Below, piece after piece: positions 13,091 through 27,869 of a DNA stretch of 64,000 nt. The translations under genes and the position numbers were made by a program. Source of the DNA: the human T2T-CHM13v2.0 reference genome, Homo sapiens; NCBI RefSeq assembly GCF_009914755.1, contig NC_060929.1; one strand, written 5' to 3'. Under the pieces are notes generated by a model. It had not been told where the DNA came from, did no database searches, and saw only the letters and a list, made by a program, of their open reading frames with translations. Within the stretch, counting starts at the first letter, position 1. The number at the start of each line of letters is the position of its first letter.

Positions 13091-13195
13091 AGGCTTTGGT
13101 ACCCATGCTCTGGTTCTTTGAAGACTGGAGCCCTCCTAGAATAAATGAGTTTAAGGTTCAGCTATTAAGTTTGAAGAAAAGTCTAGGAAGGGAAA

Positions 13196-13512
13196 TATAT
13201 TTCTTTCCTATTGCTGCTGTAAGAAATTGCCACAAATTTAGTGGCTTTAAAAAACACAGATTTATTCTTTTAGAATTTTGGAGGCTGGAAGTTCGAAATA
13301 AATTTCAGTGGGCTAAAGTCAAGGTGCCAGCAGGGCTCATTCCTTCTGGAGGTTCTAGAGGAGAATCCATTTTCTTCCCTTTCTATCTACAGGCTGTCTG
13401 CATTCCTTAGTCATGTATCCAAAGGCCCTTTTGCCATATAAGGTAACATAGTTACAGGTTCTGGGGATTAGAGAATGGATACCTTTGGAAGGCATTTTTT
13501 CAGCCTCCCACA
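13196..13512 (-). mobile_element. MLT1 solo LTR, internally deleted
   Basis: ATTGCTGCTGTAAGAAATTGCCACAAATTTAGTGGCTT...CACAGATTTATT...CAGCCTCCCACA. Confidence 0.85.
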
Positions 13513-14466
13513 GGGGATTTCTCATTCACCTTGAGAAACATAAATAGTTGTTGAAAATGCATTTCAGTTACCTCCTTCACCTCTGCTCAGCCCTTTTCTC
13601 TTCCCCTTGGGTGGAAAGCAGGTCTGCAGAGACCCAGGGGTCCTGAGATGGTAGAAGGAGAAGACCCCACACAGAGGCGCTGGGCACATGCACCCAGGCC
13701 ACTCCTTGCTCCTGTGCACTCTTTTCTGTGGGGGTGGAGGCAGGAGAGTGAGAGGTCAGCGGCCTAGGGGCTGATACATTAGCTTTCTCAACCTCCTTTC
13801 TCATATGAAGGAAGCCCCCATTTCCTCTAAACTGCTTCACTACGATGGCCAGAAAAAAGAGCACCTATTTGCTTTAAGTATGTATTTTGTGTCCCATTGC
13901 ATTTGAAATATGTCCAGTTTCCTCCCATGGTCTTCACAAGGCCCTGCAAGATGAGCCTCCTGGCCACGTTTCCCATCTCGACCCATGCCATTGCCTTCTT
14001 CCTCCCTATGTTCTAGCCACACAAGCATGGCTGACACAAGAGAATGCTCACAATTTCAGCAGAACCAGCCATTGTTTTTTTCTGGTACTGCTTGCTGATA
14101 AGACACGTGTGCAGTGGCTTAATGTGTCCACATATGTCAGAGTCTTGCTTTCCACAATGCTTAGACTGTCTTTGAAAACAGAAATGTTATCTAAGCAACC
14201 TAACCCCCTTATAGATTTTTTTAAAAGCCCACAACAAAAAAGCATTAAAGTAACTAAACCAATACCTTTAAGTCACTCAAGTTCTAGCTAGGGACTGTTA
14301 GAACGACTTCTTCCTTCAAAGCCTAATATATTTTGCAAAATTACTCCCTGTGTGGCAAGCAGGATGGTTAATATTATCCTTACTTTAGAGATGGCGAGAC
14401 AGTCTCAGAAAAAGGAAGACAAACAACTTTTAAATAATAGTCCCAAGACTAGAGCCCAGTCTTTCT

Positions 14467-14771
<305 letters not shown>

Positions 14772-14933
14772 GAGCCCAGTCTTTCTAAACCACCCCTCCT
14801 TCTGTGCTTTGCACCTTAGGGTACTTGAAGATAAAGGATAAGGAACACTGTGAAAAGACAAAACAACAGCGAGGTCTGCAAAATGATAAGCAACACAAAT
14901 TGGATGCTGATAAAAAACTGGACACAATCTATA

Positions 14934-14960
14934 GATATATGATATATGATATATGATATA
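14934..14960. repeat. (GATATAT)n tandem repeat
   Basis: About four copies of a 7-mer. Confidence 0.8.
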
Positions 14961-15424
14961 CCACTATAGAGTTCAGCTTGGCGGGACCAGAGGGTGAGAG
15001 CTACTTCTGGGGAACCCTAGCCTACTTGGCTGCTTTCAGCCCGTATGTGCCCTGCACCCTTCATCCCTTTTCCTGCAATTTTTCTGTTTCTCCCTCCAAC
15101 TCCACTCTGACTCAGACGTCAGGAGACAGCAGCTGAGGCCAGTGGGAGATGAGAAGGGGAGGAGGGGGCCAGAAACCATCTCTTCTCTGTGCCCCACCCA
15201 CCCTCATGGCCCTTCTATATGTAGTTGATTAACTTTGCCCAGGTCATTCTTGGAATGCCAGAAGTTGGAGGGCAGGAAAAGAGGCATTTCTTCCAGAGTT
15301 TTCAATGGACGGGTCTTCCTAAAACATTTGCAGGGGCACCAGAATATAAAGTTTTAGGCTCAGGCCAGTAGTAAAGTGTTATGTATGCATGTTTTATTGC
15401 TTGTTTGCTTATTTCTAATGACCA

Positions 15425-15630
15425 GATCTTAGAGGAGAACATGGGCTCTGCTCTCTGACCAATGGGCTCTAACCCCCATACTATCTTGGCCAGGTCACAA
15501 ACTTTTTGAGCCTTAATAGTCTCATTTGTACAACTGAAGTAATAAGAATACCCACCTTTCTGGGATTGTAAAGAGGATTAATTAAGATAATGTATGATGC
15601 CGAGTAGTTTCTCAATAAACTAGAGTTATC
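15425..15630 (+). mobile_element. MIR SINE
   Basis: GAGCCTTAATAGTCTCATTTGTA...GAGGATTAATTAAGATAATG. Confidence 0.75.
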
Positions 15631-15889
15631 ATTGACTTCACCGTGCCTGCCATCTTGAATACAGTCTTTGATCAACAGGTGAATGGATGATACATAAAAT
15701 AAGGTTATATCATTGCATCCATGTTGCAGACATGAACCAGAGCTCTGGAATCCAAGAAAAGTTTTGGCATTCCACTCTCCCTTCTCAAGGATGACTTTAA
15801 TCTTCAGAACCCATGTATGGATGCTCATTGTGGGTAAACGTGAATTAGCAGTAACAAATCACGAAGCTTCCAGGAGGATCCAGGAGTCC

Positions 15890-16242
15890 TTTTTCTGACC
15901 AGGCTACAACCATTAACAGGTCTCAAACAGCATTAAAAGAAATAGGCTGGAATAGAAAATACCAATAGTAAGGGTATTTTTTTAGCTTTTGTTTTTTTCA
16001 TATGAAATTAAAATATAGTAGAATTTAATTTACTATAAATTTATAGTAAATTAAATTCAGTATGCTGTACTCATGTATACATATAAATATGCAAACATAA
16101 ATACTTATATGTATTATTTTATTTATACTTATTTGTATTTATGTTTGTGTATTTATATGTATACATGTGTATAGCATACTGAATTTAATGTACTATATAG
16201 TTCTTACTTTGGGTTATAATCCAAAAACTTTCAAAGATGCTG
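15890..16242. mobile_element. Charlie4-like hAT DNA transposon remnant containing an AT-rich hairpin
   Basis: CAGCATTAAAAGAAATAGG...AATAGAAAATA...TAGTAAGGGTA and end TTCTTACTTTGGGTTATAATCCAAAAACTTTCAAAGATGCTG. Confidence 0.5.
16021..16197. repeat. Perfect 38-bp palindrome overlapping a 63-bp-arm inverted repeat
   Basis: 16021-16058 equals its own reverse complement; arms 16042-16104 and 16135-16197 pair at 58/63. Confidence 0.95.
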
Positions 16243-16949
16243 TTCTTGGTATAGACATTGCCTTTGCCCAATTTTCATAGAACAATAATTACTGTGGATT
16301 GTCCACCTCGTGACTATTTTTGGACTGTGTGTTTTAACAGAGCAACACCAAGAGTGAATATGAGAATCTAGGGTTTGGGGAAGACTCATGTTCTCAAGCT
16401 GCCTGCCTAGGTCATCCCCTGTTTCTTCAGGGAGCAGAGTTAATGGTACATTTTAAGCAATGGAGCCATTGAGTGAGTGACACTTGGGAGTTTACATTGG
16501 TGGGGGTATGTCAGTGACTGCTTGTGGGTGCTTCCGCTGCCCATATGTATGGTGCAGGCTGGACTTCAGGGAAATATCACGGAACACAATGACCGCTTAC
16601 ATTCCTTGCCCTGCGAACCACATCTCCAGCTCGGTCTCTGCCATTTCTGAGCTGTGTGTTGAGCCCTTCCTCTATAGGAGGAAAGTCTTCAGGGTAGGAA
16701 AAGAACCCTGTGGAGGAGCACAGGAGCATGCAGCATCCTGTGACTACCCCTCCTGGCAGAAAAACAATGGACTCTCCCAATGACGCCAGTGGTGATTCCT
16801 CACAGCACCTCCACTCAGAGATAAGTATTCATACTGGTTTGAATTAGACAGAAAATACAGGAATAATAAATAATGCTCATCTTTCAGGGACCATAAAAAA
16901 GGAGTAATTAATGTGAAATTCAGAGCCATTTGATGATGAGAAAGGATGA

Positions 16950-17110
16950 AGGCAGCCTTCCTGGCGAGACGATGTGGAAAGAGCAATGGACTGGGAGCCA
17001 GAAGGCCTGGTGTGCAGGAGCAAGTCTACCACTAACCAACTGATCTCCTGGACACACCATAGCCTCTCTAGGCTTCAGTGTCCTCATCTGTGAAATGAAG
17101 GAGTCAGTAT
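16950..17110 (+). mobile_element. MIR SINE
   Basis: GAAAGAGCAATGGACTGGGAGCCAGA...CTTCAGTGTCCTCATCTGTGAAATG. Confidence 0.75.
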
Positions 17111-17272
17111 AGGTCATGGGGTGGAGAAGGAAGAGGGTGTGGCCAGATAATTATTTAAGCCAAATAACTGTTCATTGAAAAATTGACCAGAAGATACAAA
17201 AACCCATCAAAATGAGGCAACTCTGAGGCAAAATGGGGCCCCAAAGTCTGGGGCCCCACTTTGATTTCTCCC

Positions 17273-17856
17273 ATGACAGGTAGAATCCTCAGGTGGCCCC
17301 TAAGAACCCCAGCCCCACTGTGTACCTCCTTCCTCTCATTTATTCAAACACTAATCTAAGTACTGCTATGGGGGAATTTTGGAGGTGTATTTAGAAGTCC
17401 AAATCCATTGGGCTTAAGATGGGGATATTTTCCAGGTGGGTCTGACCTGATTATACGAATCCTTTTACAGTAGAGAGTTTACTCTGGCTGATGACCAAAC
17501 AGAAAGCCAGAGATTGGAAGCACAAGAAGGATTTGACACATCATTGATGGCTTGAAGATCTAGGGGCCCAAGTGGCAAGGAAAGTGGCAGTTTCGAGTAG
17601 CTGAGAGCAGCCTCCACTCCACGGCAGCCAGCCAGAACAAGGACTTCAGTCCTATGGATGTAACAAGAAGAAACTTAGAAGTCAGCTTTTCCCCAGAGCC
17701 TCTAGGCAAGAACTCAGCCTTGTGAGACCCTGAGCAGAGAATTCAGCCACGCTGTGCCAGACTTCTGACCTACAGGACTGTGAGATACTAAATGGAGGCA
17801 GTTTTAAGCTGCTAAATTTATGATAATATGTTTCACAGCAACAGAATATCAATACA
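17273..17856 (+). mobile_element. MLT1E-like solo LTR
   Basis: AGAATCCTCAGGTGGCCCC start and TTTTAAGCTGCTAAATTT...CAGCAACAGAATATCAATACA end; possible 5-bp TSD CTCCC. Confidence 0.85.
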
Positions 17857-18634
17857 CTCCCCACATCGCATGGTGGCTGGCAAGGACCTCCACAAAATGC
17901 CAACCTCTGAGGATCCCCATAAAGACACCTGAATTAGATTGTCTCTGCCATCTTTCATGGCTGCAAGTTTCTACATTCCCCCCAACATTTCATGTCGTTC
18001 TGAGAATAGCTTGATGGAAACCATATTTGAAGCTGTGAGCTGTAGAAAGTCTCCACTTCTTGTTTGTTTTTTTTGTCTAGTGACTTGTGGGCCATCAGAA
18101 AGAAGTGTGAATTGCTAAGTAATAATTGTATAACATGGAACAGGGTAATAAACATTTTTCAGGGTTTGGTTGGTCCGAGAATATGGAAAATGTATTGGTA
18201 GTCAGTAGAACCAAGTTACATGTCACCCTTGGGTAGGCAGCTGACTGGATGAGGCAGTTTACCGCCTAACTAAAGCTCTAATCTCAGAATGTCAGAGTCT
18301 CCTTTGTTCTGGCCACCCCAAGATGAAATTACAGCCAAGCATTATGTTCAGAGAATAGTCAGCCCACCTAGGCCACTTACACCAAGCCAAGAATGAGAAG
18401 AATTTGGCCAAGGAAGCTGGTGGAGTCCATCTTTATCCATTGTGTTGTTCTCTTTGAGTGTCCTCTGATGCAAAGGAGGAAATTCATGGTGACTTTAAAT
18501 GTCACCAGTGTTTCAATGAAAACAGGAATATTGCCTATGGAAACACTTCCTGACTCAGAAAAATCGTTACGACCTCCAAGACCCTAATTATCCCAGGCGG
18601 GTCCCAACACTCCCTTGGTGGAACTACTTCACAG

Positions 18635-18870
18635 TAGGGAAAGAGAGCATAATAGTCAGAAACTTGGATCTGATTCTTATCCCTGCCACTCACTAGCTGT
18701 ATGCCTTAGGTAAGTTGCACAAATTCTTTGAGCCTCAGTTTCCTCATCCACAGGGATGACTAAGAATGCCTTCCTAAATAGGAATAATAGTGCTCACTTC
18801 ATAGAGATCTAGTGAAAATTGCCTAAGATCACATGCATAAAAGATCTCATACAGTATTCAATAAATGTCA
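18635..18870 (+). mobile_element. MIR SINE
   Basis: CTGCCACTCACTAGCTGT...GAGCCTCAGTTTCCTCATC. Confidence 0.85.
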
Positions 18871-19265
18871 ATCATAGTAGTAGAAGTTATATTTTTATCA
18901 TATTTGTCCTTTAACAGTTTCCGTATTGGAAACAGTTCTTCCATTCTAGGGGAAATTTATCATTCTGCCTCTGACCTGGTCTTCATTCCTGAAGAATTTA
19001 TGGAGTTCCTACTGAGATAGCCAGGGTTCTCCTGGTAATCAAAATATTATAAATGACCTATAAGAAATAACCCTTTTTCTCTAGGAGCTCATATTTTTAT
19101 ATTAAAAAGATATGCAGATTATATAAGCAAAATGGAATAAGTTAAAGTATCAACCACAAATTGCTGCAACAATCTTTGGTATCATTTATCATCATCATAA
19201 TTATTATTATTACTATGAGTAGCTGAAGAATAACCACAGGATTCAGTGTTTAATATGCATTCTTA

Positions 19266-19880
<615 letters not shown>

Positions 19881-20399
19881 TCAATGTGAACTTATAGGTT
19901 GGGAAAGGTCCTATGTGGGGTGGGCAGGCAGCAATGGGACTGAAGCCATGGAGGGGGTGGGTGGAATTCACTAGATGCATGGAAGGACAGCTCAGCAGGA
20001 TACCTGAAGTTGAGGCTGACTAAAGTGTCGTCAGGATTTAAAGGTGTGACATGTTAGGAACTGAAAGTTTGTGTTAGAACACTGCAGGTGAGAAGCTTCT
20101 ATCAGTAAAGAAGACGCTATTTTAGCAAGCTTTGAACATCACACTTGAGTGATGGAGACTTGGCACTCAAACAGCTAATAAGAAGTCATGTAGATTGTTT
20201 AAGAAATGGAGGGCATGTGGAGATTGGCACTTGAGGGCTAATCATGGGTAATTTGCCCACCTCTTTTGAGTCTCAGTTTCCTCATCCACGTGGGCAGTGG
20301 TGTGTAGGCTGGGTGGCCCAGTGGGGAGACTGGAGGAGACAGGGAGGTCAGTGCAGAGGCTGCTCTACAATGCTTCTGACAGAGGTGAAGAGATTCTCT

Positions 20400-20545
20400 A
20401 GGGAAGTGCTTCTTAAACTGCAGTGTGCACAAAAATCCCCTGAGACCTTGCTCAAATGCAGATCCTGATTGAGTCTCTGCCAGGACTATCTCCCAGGTGA
20501 TGCTGATGCTAGTGATCAGGGACTACACTTGAGTAACAAGGACCA
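20400..20545. mobile_element. MER5-family DNA transposon
   Basis: GTGCTTCTTAAACTGCAGTGTGCAC...CCCAGGTGATGCTGATGCT...ACACTTGAGTAACAAGG. Confidence 0.75.
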
Positions 20546-20608
20546 AGACTAAGAGTTACAGCAGAAATGGAGAGACAGAGATGCATGCATCAAAGGAAGA
20601 CCTGGTAG

Positions 20609-21252
<644 letters not shown>

Positions 21253-21754
21253 GATTCAATACAAGTTTGTGTTTGAAACATAGGAGATAACAGAAAGGAA
21301 ACAATACAAGAAGAAATTCATCTGTTAAGCCTGTTCCATGGACAGGCTAGCTTTTGTTCTCCCTTGCTTCCTCCTCTTGAAAACAGCGAGTCTGATGGAC
21401 TGGGATCTGAGCTCAGAGCTAACCTAGGTATTTTAGACACTTCAGTAGTTAGAGAAATTCCTTTTAGTGATCCCAAATCACACCTTGGGTATAACTACCT
21501 CCACTGCAGGACTGGTCAGGTTAGCAACCTGGAAAGGCATGAGGGGAAAAGAATGAATCATCAGAAAATATATAGTGTAATCATCTGAAAAGGTGACTCA
21601 CGCATGAATTTTTACATGCCTATTCTTTACTCAGACCCCAGTAATATCTCTTACATTGAAAAACTATACGTCCTCAGGTTTCCAAGCACAAAATTGTGTT
21701 CAGACATTGCATTGCTTTTACCACAATCTGCATACAGCACCAGAGTCTGGAGAT

Positions 21755-21936
21755 TCTGGGTCAGTGTGATCCCAGGACCAGTAACATCAGCATCATCTGA
21801 GGACTTGGTAGAAATACAGACTCTTACGCTCCACCCTAGGATTACAGAATCAGAAACTGGGTGTGGGGCCCAGAAGTCTGTTTTAACAAGCCCTCCAGGT
21901 AATTATTTGCATGTTAACATTTGAGAACTACTACTG
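21755..21936. mobile_element. MER5A
   Basis: CAGCATCATCTGAGGACTTGGTAGAAAT...GAATCAGAAACT...TTTAACAAGCCCTCCAGGT...TTTGAGAACTACT. Confidence 0.85.
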
Positions 21937-21956
21937 TAGGTCATGATATGTGCGTG

Positions 21957-21981
21957 CACACACACACACACACACACACAC
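21957..21981. repeat. (CA)n microsatellite
   Basis: Direct reading. Confidence 0.9.
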
Positions 21982-23060
21982 CAGCCTCACTTGGGAAATG
22001 ATGCTTATTCCAAGACAAGAGCTACTGTCTTGTAAGGGCAGAAGTTATGATGGCAAATATACGGCAGGAATGCAACCACTTCCATCTTCCCTATACATGC
22101 CTGTCACCACTAATCCATCACTGCAATCTTTCATAATGAGTCAGGGTAGCAGTGCCTTTGGCCATCTAGCAGGAGAAAACCTCACCAGGTGTCCTGCACT
22201 AACATGGAGTTGGGTGGGGAAAGGCTGAAGTAGATTTAGAAATTGCAATGTGGAGAATTTGGCAGAAAGTGAGAGCCTGATATAGATAGTGTTACTAATT
22301 CCCCACGGTCTTGGGTGGCCCATAGGAGATTAAGAATTTCCTATTATCCAAGCTGGGGAACATGGGCTGAAAGATTGGTAGATCCAACAAGGCCTGGAGT
22401 CCAAACAAATAAACTCACAAAGTGCCAGAATCTCAAATCCAGAATTGAGGGGCAGAATGAAACTGTCAGATGCGAACATGAGGTCCCAAAGGCCAGGTGG
22501 AATCAGCCACATCTGGTGGAAACTGATGCAAGTTATCCAGTGACAAGGTAGGACAAGGGACATCCTGGAAGAGGTCACAGAAGATCCACGGGACAGCTCA
22601 CACCAAAGACCCCCCTCCCAGCTTCCTTGTTCAAGAAGAGTAAGCTTTCCCCTCCCAGAAGCCATTTCGGGGAGGAGAAGGTAGAAAGGATTTTCTTTGA
22701 GAACACAGATATAGCCCTGATATTGAAATACTTAACTGAATACTTACCCCAAAGAGGCAGTTATAAACTGGAAGAGACTGGGTTATCTGTGAAACTGTGA
22801 GGTAGATAGGAATTTTAGATCTGTTTCAGAGAATAAAGTTAAAATTTGGGGGGCAAACATCTGATTTGTAACTGTTCATAAAGCTACCTATCAAAATGTT
22901 ATGGATTTCAGGTTTTTTTTTTTTTTGTCTTGACATTAGTTTCTCCTGGTCCAGCTAAAACAAGCAGGGCGTGGGAGGCAGATGCAAAGGTCGGCATTGG
23001 CCTCAGAGGGTTGACCAGCTCCAGGTTTCAACACGAGGTGCCCCTTGTCCTATTTCAGAA

Positions 23061-23135
23061 TGCTTCCCCTTCAGCCTAAAAGGTTTCAACAGTTAGTGCT
23101 TCCCCTTCAGCCTAAAAGGTTTCGACAGTTAGTGC
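23061..23135. repeat. 36-bp tandem duplication
   Basis: TGCTTCCCCTTCAGCCTAAAAGGTTTC(A/G)ACAGTTAG x2. Confidence 0.95.
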
Positions 23136-23219
23136 CATTTGGTCCAGTCACATAATCACAGCTGGTAATTGGAGAAGGTGAACATGTGCTTCCAACATTC
23201 ACTTTTCGTAGACTCATTA

Positions 23220-23375
23220 GGTCAAAGATCATCTGAGCAAACCCTCTCATTTTACAGATGAGGAAACCAAGGTCAAAGAAGCTAAACTAAGTTACTCGCG
23301 AGCTGTAGCTGGAAAAAAGCTGGAACCAGAATCCTAATTGCTCCAAGTCCAAATTCACAGCTCTTTCTAGCACAT
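23220..23375 (-). mobile_element. MIR SINE
   Basis: CATTTTACAGATGAGGAAACCAAGG core. Confidence 0.85.
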
Positions 23376-24185
23376 CAAGCTGCTCATAAACCAGAAATGA
23401 TCCGTTCCACACACTGTAATCATAAACCAAAACCCAAAGATTCCAAGTAGTCTCTTTCTTGAAAGAAACCATTGGTGTTTGCTTTACTTCTTCTTCCTAC
23501 ATGTGTTTTGAGAGATGTTGTGAATCTCCTGATGAAAAGCTGTTCTGAGAGAAGCTGAGACAAAGCCTCAGTGATCTATGGCTGCCAAAGTCAGCCCCTC
23601 TGCAGCTGTACCAGGACAGAGGAGGCGGGGAGGCAGCCAAGCTGTCTTCAGTGCTGTATTCAGAGGTGCGAGCGCCTGGAATTCTGCAATCCAAAAGGGC
23701 CTTCTGGGGGTCAGCTGCCTTCTTAGTGTCTTTGAGGGATCACCCTTTGAAGAATCATCCTTCGACTGAAGGAGGACTTTGCACATGTCATGCAGTGTGA
23801 GTTTCAAAGACTGCCAGAATCCAAAGTCTCGATCAATCCATCAGGATGGGGACAACTTTTAGACAGGATCTGGTGATAATGTGGTGCATATCTTCTTTCT
23901 TCCATGACCTCAGAAATTTTGTTTTTAATTTGTGCTGGGAAGAAAAATGGAAATCAGAGCAATCACCTGGATAATTTTCTCCAAAAACACACATTTGCTT
24001 TAGTTTCCTGGAATGACTATTCATGAATGCGTTCAGATGCAAGTGTTATTTATCTGTTAGCCCCATAAATCTCATGGGGAGCTGTGCTTGGCTAAGGGTA
24101 TCGGGTTGGAAGCCTAATTGCAACTCTTATCCAAAGTGACCAGAACCTTCCCAGTTACCCAGAATAAAGGACCCCCAGTTCCTTC

Positions 24186-24187
<2 letters not shown>

Positions 24188-24257
<70 letters not shown>
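24188..24257. repeat. (GT)~22(GA)~12 compound microsatellite
   Basis: Direct reading. Confidence 0.97.
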
Positions 24258-25414
24258 TGCCATGTCCTTAAGTTGCATTTTCAGTATTGATTTTATTGTG
24301 GTCTGCTAATGTTTATATGGCTTAAAAAATGTTCTCTCCATGGATAAGGTCTCCACCTCTCAGGCCACAATAATACCTCGCAGAATGGACAAGCATGGAT
24401 AATTTTCTAGTTTAACTCCAGGGCCATGTGCATGCCTCCTATAGGCCCTAACATGAGGGGGGCAAATAAATTCAATAAAGTTTCATCAAGTCTTACTTGT
24501 TTTCTGCTATGAACGATTTAATATTATAATTATTTTTAGCATAGAGGAAATGTGTATCTACCTTGGGGATAAATGATGATTCTGAAGACATCTTTGCTGT
24601 CAATTAACATGTTTCAGCTTCCCTAGAACTTGAGGAGAGAGGTTGGACAATATTATATTTGGCTAATGGCAAAGTCTGCAGACACTTCAACAAGAAAGTG
24701 AATGGTAATATCGCCTTGCTGATGCTTGCCATTTTCATTTCTCATTCTCATATTGGTCTGAATAAAACTGTGAAAACTTTCCCTCCTTTTTCTAAATAGT
24801 CCTCTTTTATTTCTCTAGAAACAAGAAAAAATAAAACACCACATACACGTATCTCACCCCTCTTCCCTTTGCCTCTCCTACTGCCTGGGCCTTCACTAGA
24901 CCCATTAGTGCTGGTGGCCAAGTTGTCCTCACTCTCATATGATTTCAAACCCTTACGTTTGAGAAGGTTGATCACAGCGGGAGGTCACAGGAAGGCAAGC
25001 AGTCTGCATTGGTTCTAGAGGGCAAAATTCCTAGATAATAGTTCCTTCCTCTGCTCACCTGGGTTTTCCTTCCTTACACTGTGGAAACCAAGGTGCTGGT
25101 GAGCCTTGTGAAGCAGCTATTAGGTCTCAGCCATTAGCAGATGGGCCTCTTGGCATATTCACGCCTGGGTGAGCTGAGTCCTTGGGACAGATAGTACCAC
25201 GATGGAGAGAAGAGAGAAGACACACCACCTGAGGATATTAGGACCAAAGCCCCCATGGGGAAGGCTTGCACACCACCATCTGCACCAGAAGCAAGTAAGC
25301 AGGTGCATTTTATAGAAAGAGTAACATTTGTTTTCGTGGAGGAAGTTATTATTTGTATGCTTAAAGCTTTTTAAAAATATCTGCTTTGAATAATCATTCA
25401 CATGAAAACCACAC

Positions 25415-25570
25415 ACTAATGGAATTTTAGGGTTGGAAAAGATCTCAGCTCTCATCTAATTGAGCCCTTGCATTTTAATGATAAGGAAAACAAAGTCCAG
25501 AAAGTTTTCCCCAGGCTCTCGGAGTAGAGAAGCCACGGTTAGAGCTAACTGAACCCAGCAAGACAGTTCT
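25415..25570 (-). mobile_element. MIR3-like SINE
   Basis: GAATTTTAGGGTTGGAAAAGATCTC...CATTTTAATGATAAGGAAAAC. Confidence 0.6.
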
Positions 25571-25694
25571 TTAAGAAGAATGACAACAACAAAAAATCCA
25601 CATTATTTAATTATTAGCAAAAAAAATACTTCTTGAGAGAGACAGATAGAAATACAGAGACAGAGACAGAGAAAGGTGGTATAGAGCATGCAAT

Positions 25695-26625
25695 AGGATA
25701 ATATAGTGGCTAAAGTACAGGCTTTAGGACAAGCAGACCTGACTTCAAGGCTCAGCTCTACCTCCTATTAACCATATGCCCTTGGTTTAGACCACTCTGG
25801 CCCTCAGTTTCCTCATCTGTAGACATTTGGATGATAATAATAGAGCAGACAGTGATCTAACTTCTCCTTCCATATTTGTAACAGAACTCTGATCCTAGTG
25901 ACAAGGATGAGGGGACAGATTACCTGGCCTATGGTCCTTAAGGCAGCCTAAGGAAATTTAGACATATATTAGTACACATTCCCTATAAATACTTTTAATT
26001 GATAGCCCTGACTAGATAGGGGCTTGAAAATGTTTTCCCTCTGGCTCTAATTGACTTTTTTCAAAACCTTATTCCTCTGTATGCCTCAGGTTGGCCATGA
26101 ACCTTGATTGGTCTGGAAGTCAACCATGTTGGTTCCTTTCTTCTTGTGGTGGCTGCTTTGGGCATGGGCATGTGAGGCAATTGTGTGTACTGTTTTAGGG
26201 GAGTAAGGGACTTCTAGGAAAGATTTATAACAAGAGGCATATCAGGGAAGAGACTGGATGTTGCCCCTTGTGGATGTGATTTAGCAGCCAGCTTGAGGTC
26301 ATGATGGGAGCTTGGTTAAGAACCACCTACCATTTTGATGATGGCAGAGCAAAAATATAGAAATATCAGATCCTGATGCCACTGAATTGGGCACCCCTGT
26401 AGCCACTTTACTATGGAATGTCTCATAATGTAAGGCAATAAACTTATTTGCTATGTAAGCCAATCTTAAGCTACTTATAGCTGAATGCATCCAAAGTGGT
26501 ACAGTAGTACTTACTATGTAAGGTTATTGTGAATAGTAAATGATAAATGCAGTAAGAGAAATAGTACACAATCAAGCATAAAGAAACTCTTCAATAAACA
26601 GTAGTTGTCAATAGTGTTGCAGTTG
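25695..26625 (+). mobile_element. MIR split by an old MLT1 LTR
   Basis: MIR core CCTCAGTTTCCTCATCTGTA to ~25842; MIR tail resumes at ~26504 (GTAGTACTTAC...GTTATTGTGAA...TCAATAAA). Confidence 0.7.
25845..26503 (+). mobile_element. Old MLT1 (J/K/L-like) solo LTR
   Basis: End AATAAACTTATTTG...TAAGCCA...ACTTATAGCTGAATGCATCCAAAGTGGTACA. Confidence 0.65.
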
Positions 26626-27659
26626 TTATTATTATAGGAGAATATATGCCAAAAAAATCACATATCCTATTCTTTAGTGACAAAAACTTCTTAACAATGT
26701 CTTGATAGCCTTATGTCAATTTTTTAAAATAGAAGTAAAATACTATACACATTGTTTTTCAATTCCAAGATGTTTCCTAATAGAAATGTTGATGCCCATG
26801 GTAACTTGCCAAGCCAGTTGGAAATTACCTCTAATTCCCGAGAGTGTGTATCACTTAATAATCTTCCCAAGATTTGAAAATGTTGTCTTCCAACTGAAAA
26901 CATTTGGATTTTCAAAATTCTTCTTTTAAATGTAGAAAAAAGTGCTAAGAAATGTTAAAGGACATAACCAACATAGACTGCCCTAAAGCACATTAAGGGC
27001 CAGTTCCTAAGAGAGACAGGGCCTGACCACCTCAATACAGCATTTTTGTTGGAACTAAATTTTACAGTATCTGCAGAGGCAGAGTGGCATTCACTGTATG
27101 GGACAGTGGCAAACACTTGATCTGTTTCCAAGGGCATGTAACCCTAAGTCAAATGACCATTAGGACTTAGTTTGCAGTTCCGGTCTCTAAGGACCGTGCA
27201 CTATTCCCTGTGGTAACCAAGTGAACCACAGAAATTCAACAAAGTTCAGGTGATCCAAGAGGAAATCACCAAGCAGAGATGAAAAGAAAGGCCAATTGTC
27301 AGCTAAAGTTTCCTCCAGAAATTATGGACAGAGTGTTTCTGACTGATGAACAAGATTCAAAAATGTGAGGATTCAGGAAAATTTTTACAGATGTTTTTCT
27401 TCCCCTGGAATTTGTAGTAACTATTCCCTCTGAGCTCTTTGGGCCACAGAAGCATAGAATTACTTGTACATTGAAAGGAGTAAGGGAAATGATTAAAAAT
27501 TTCCCAGGAGTTCAAACCTGTCCAGAAACTTCCTGTTTCTAACATGTGGTCTGTGAAGCACTTCCTGGTACTTTAACAGGGATGGGATGGGAGCGAAATC
27601 AGCCATTTGTGTAGCAATGTGGTACAGTGTGACTTTGGAGTGAAGCCAAAGGTTCTCAC

Positions 27660-27830
27660 CCCAGCTACACTTTACAATCATATAAGAAGTTTAGGTAAAA
27701 TGCTGACACCAGGCTACCTAGGCTACCAATTAAATCAGAATCTCTGGGATTGGGTCTAAGCATTATGTAAATAGGTAGATATTTGTCTGTGTATATATGA
27801 GTTTTCTAAGCTTTCCAGCTGAGTCTAGGG
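27660..27830. mobile_element. MER5-like fragment
   Basis: CCAATTAAATCAGAATCTCTGGGA motif. Confidence 0.5.
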
Positions 27831-27869
27831 GTGAGAACTTACTGAATTAGGTCTAATATTCACTAGTGG

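Noticed and set aside
22260-22900. Possible ancient LTR; similar impressions at ~36500-37050 and ~55900-56450
   Set aside because: I could not identify termini, TSDs or a family; this needs a Dfam search
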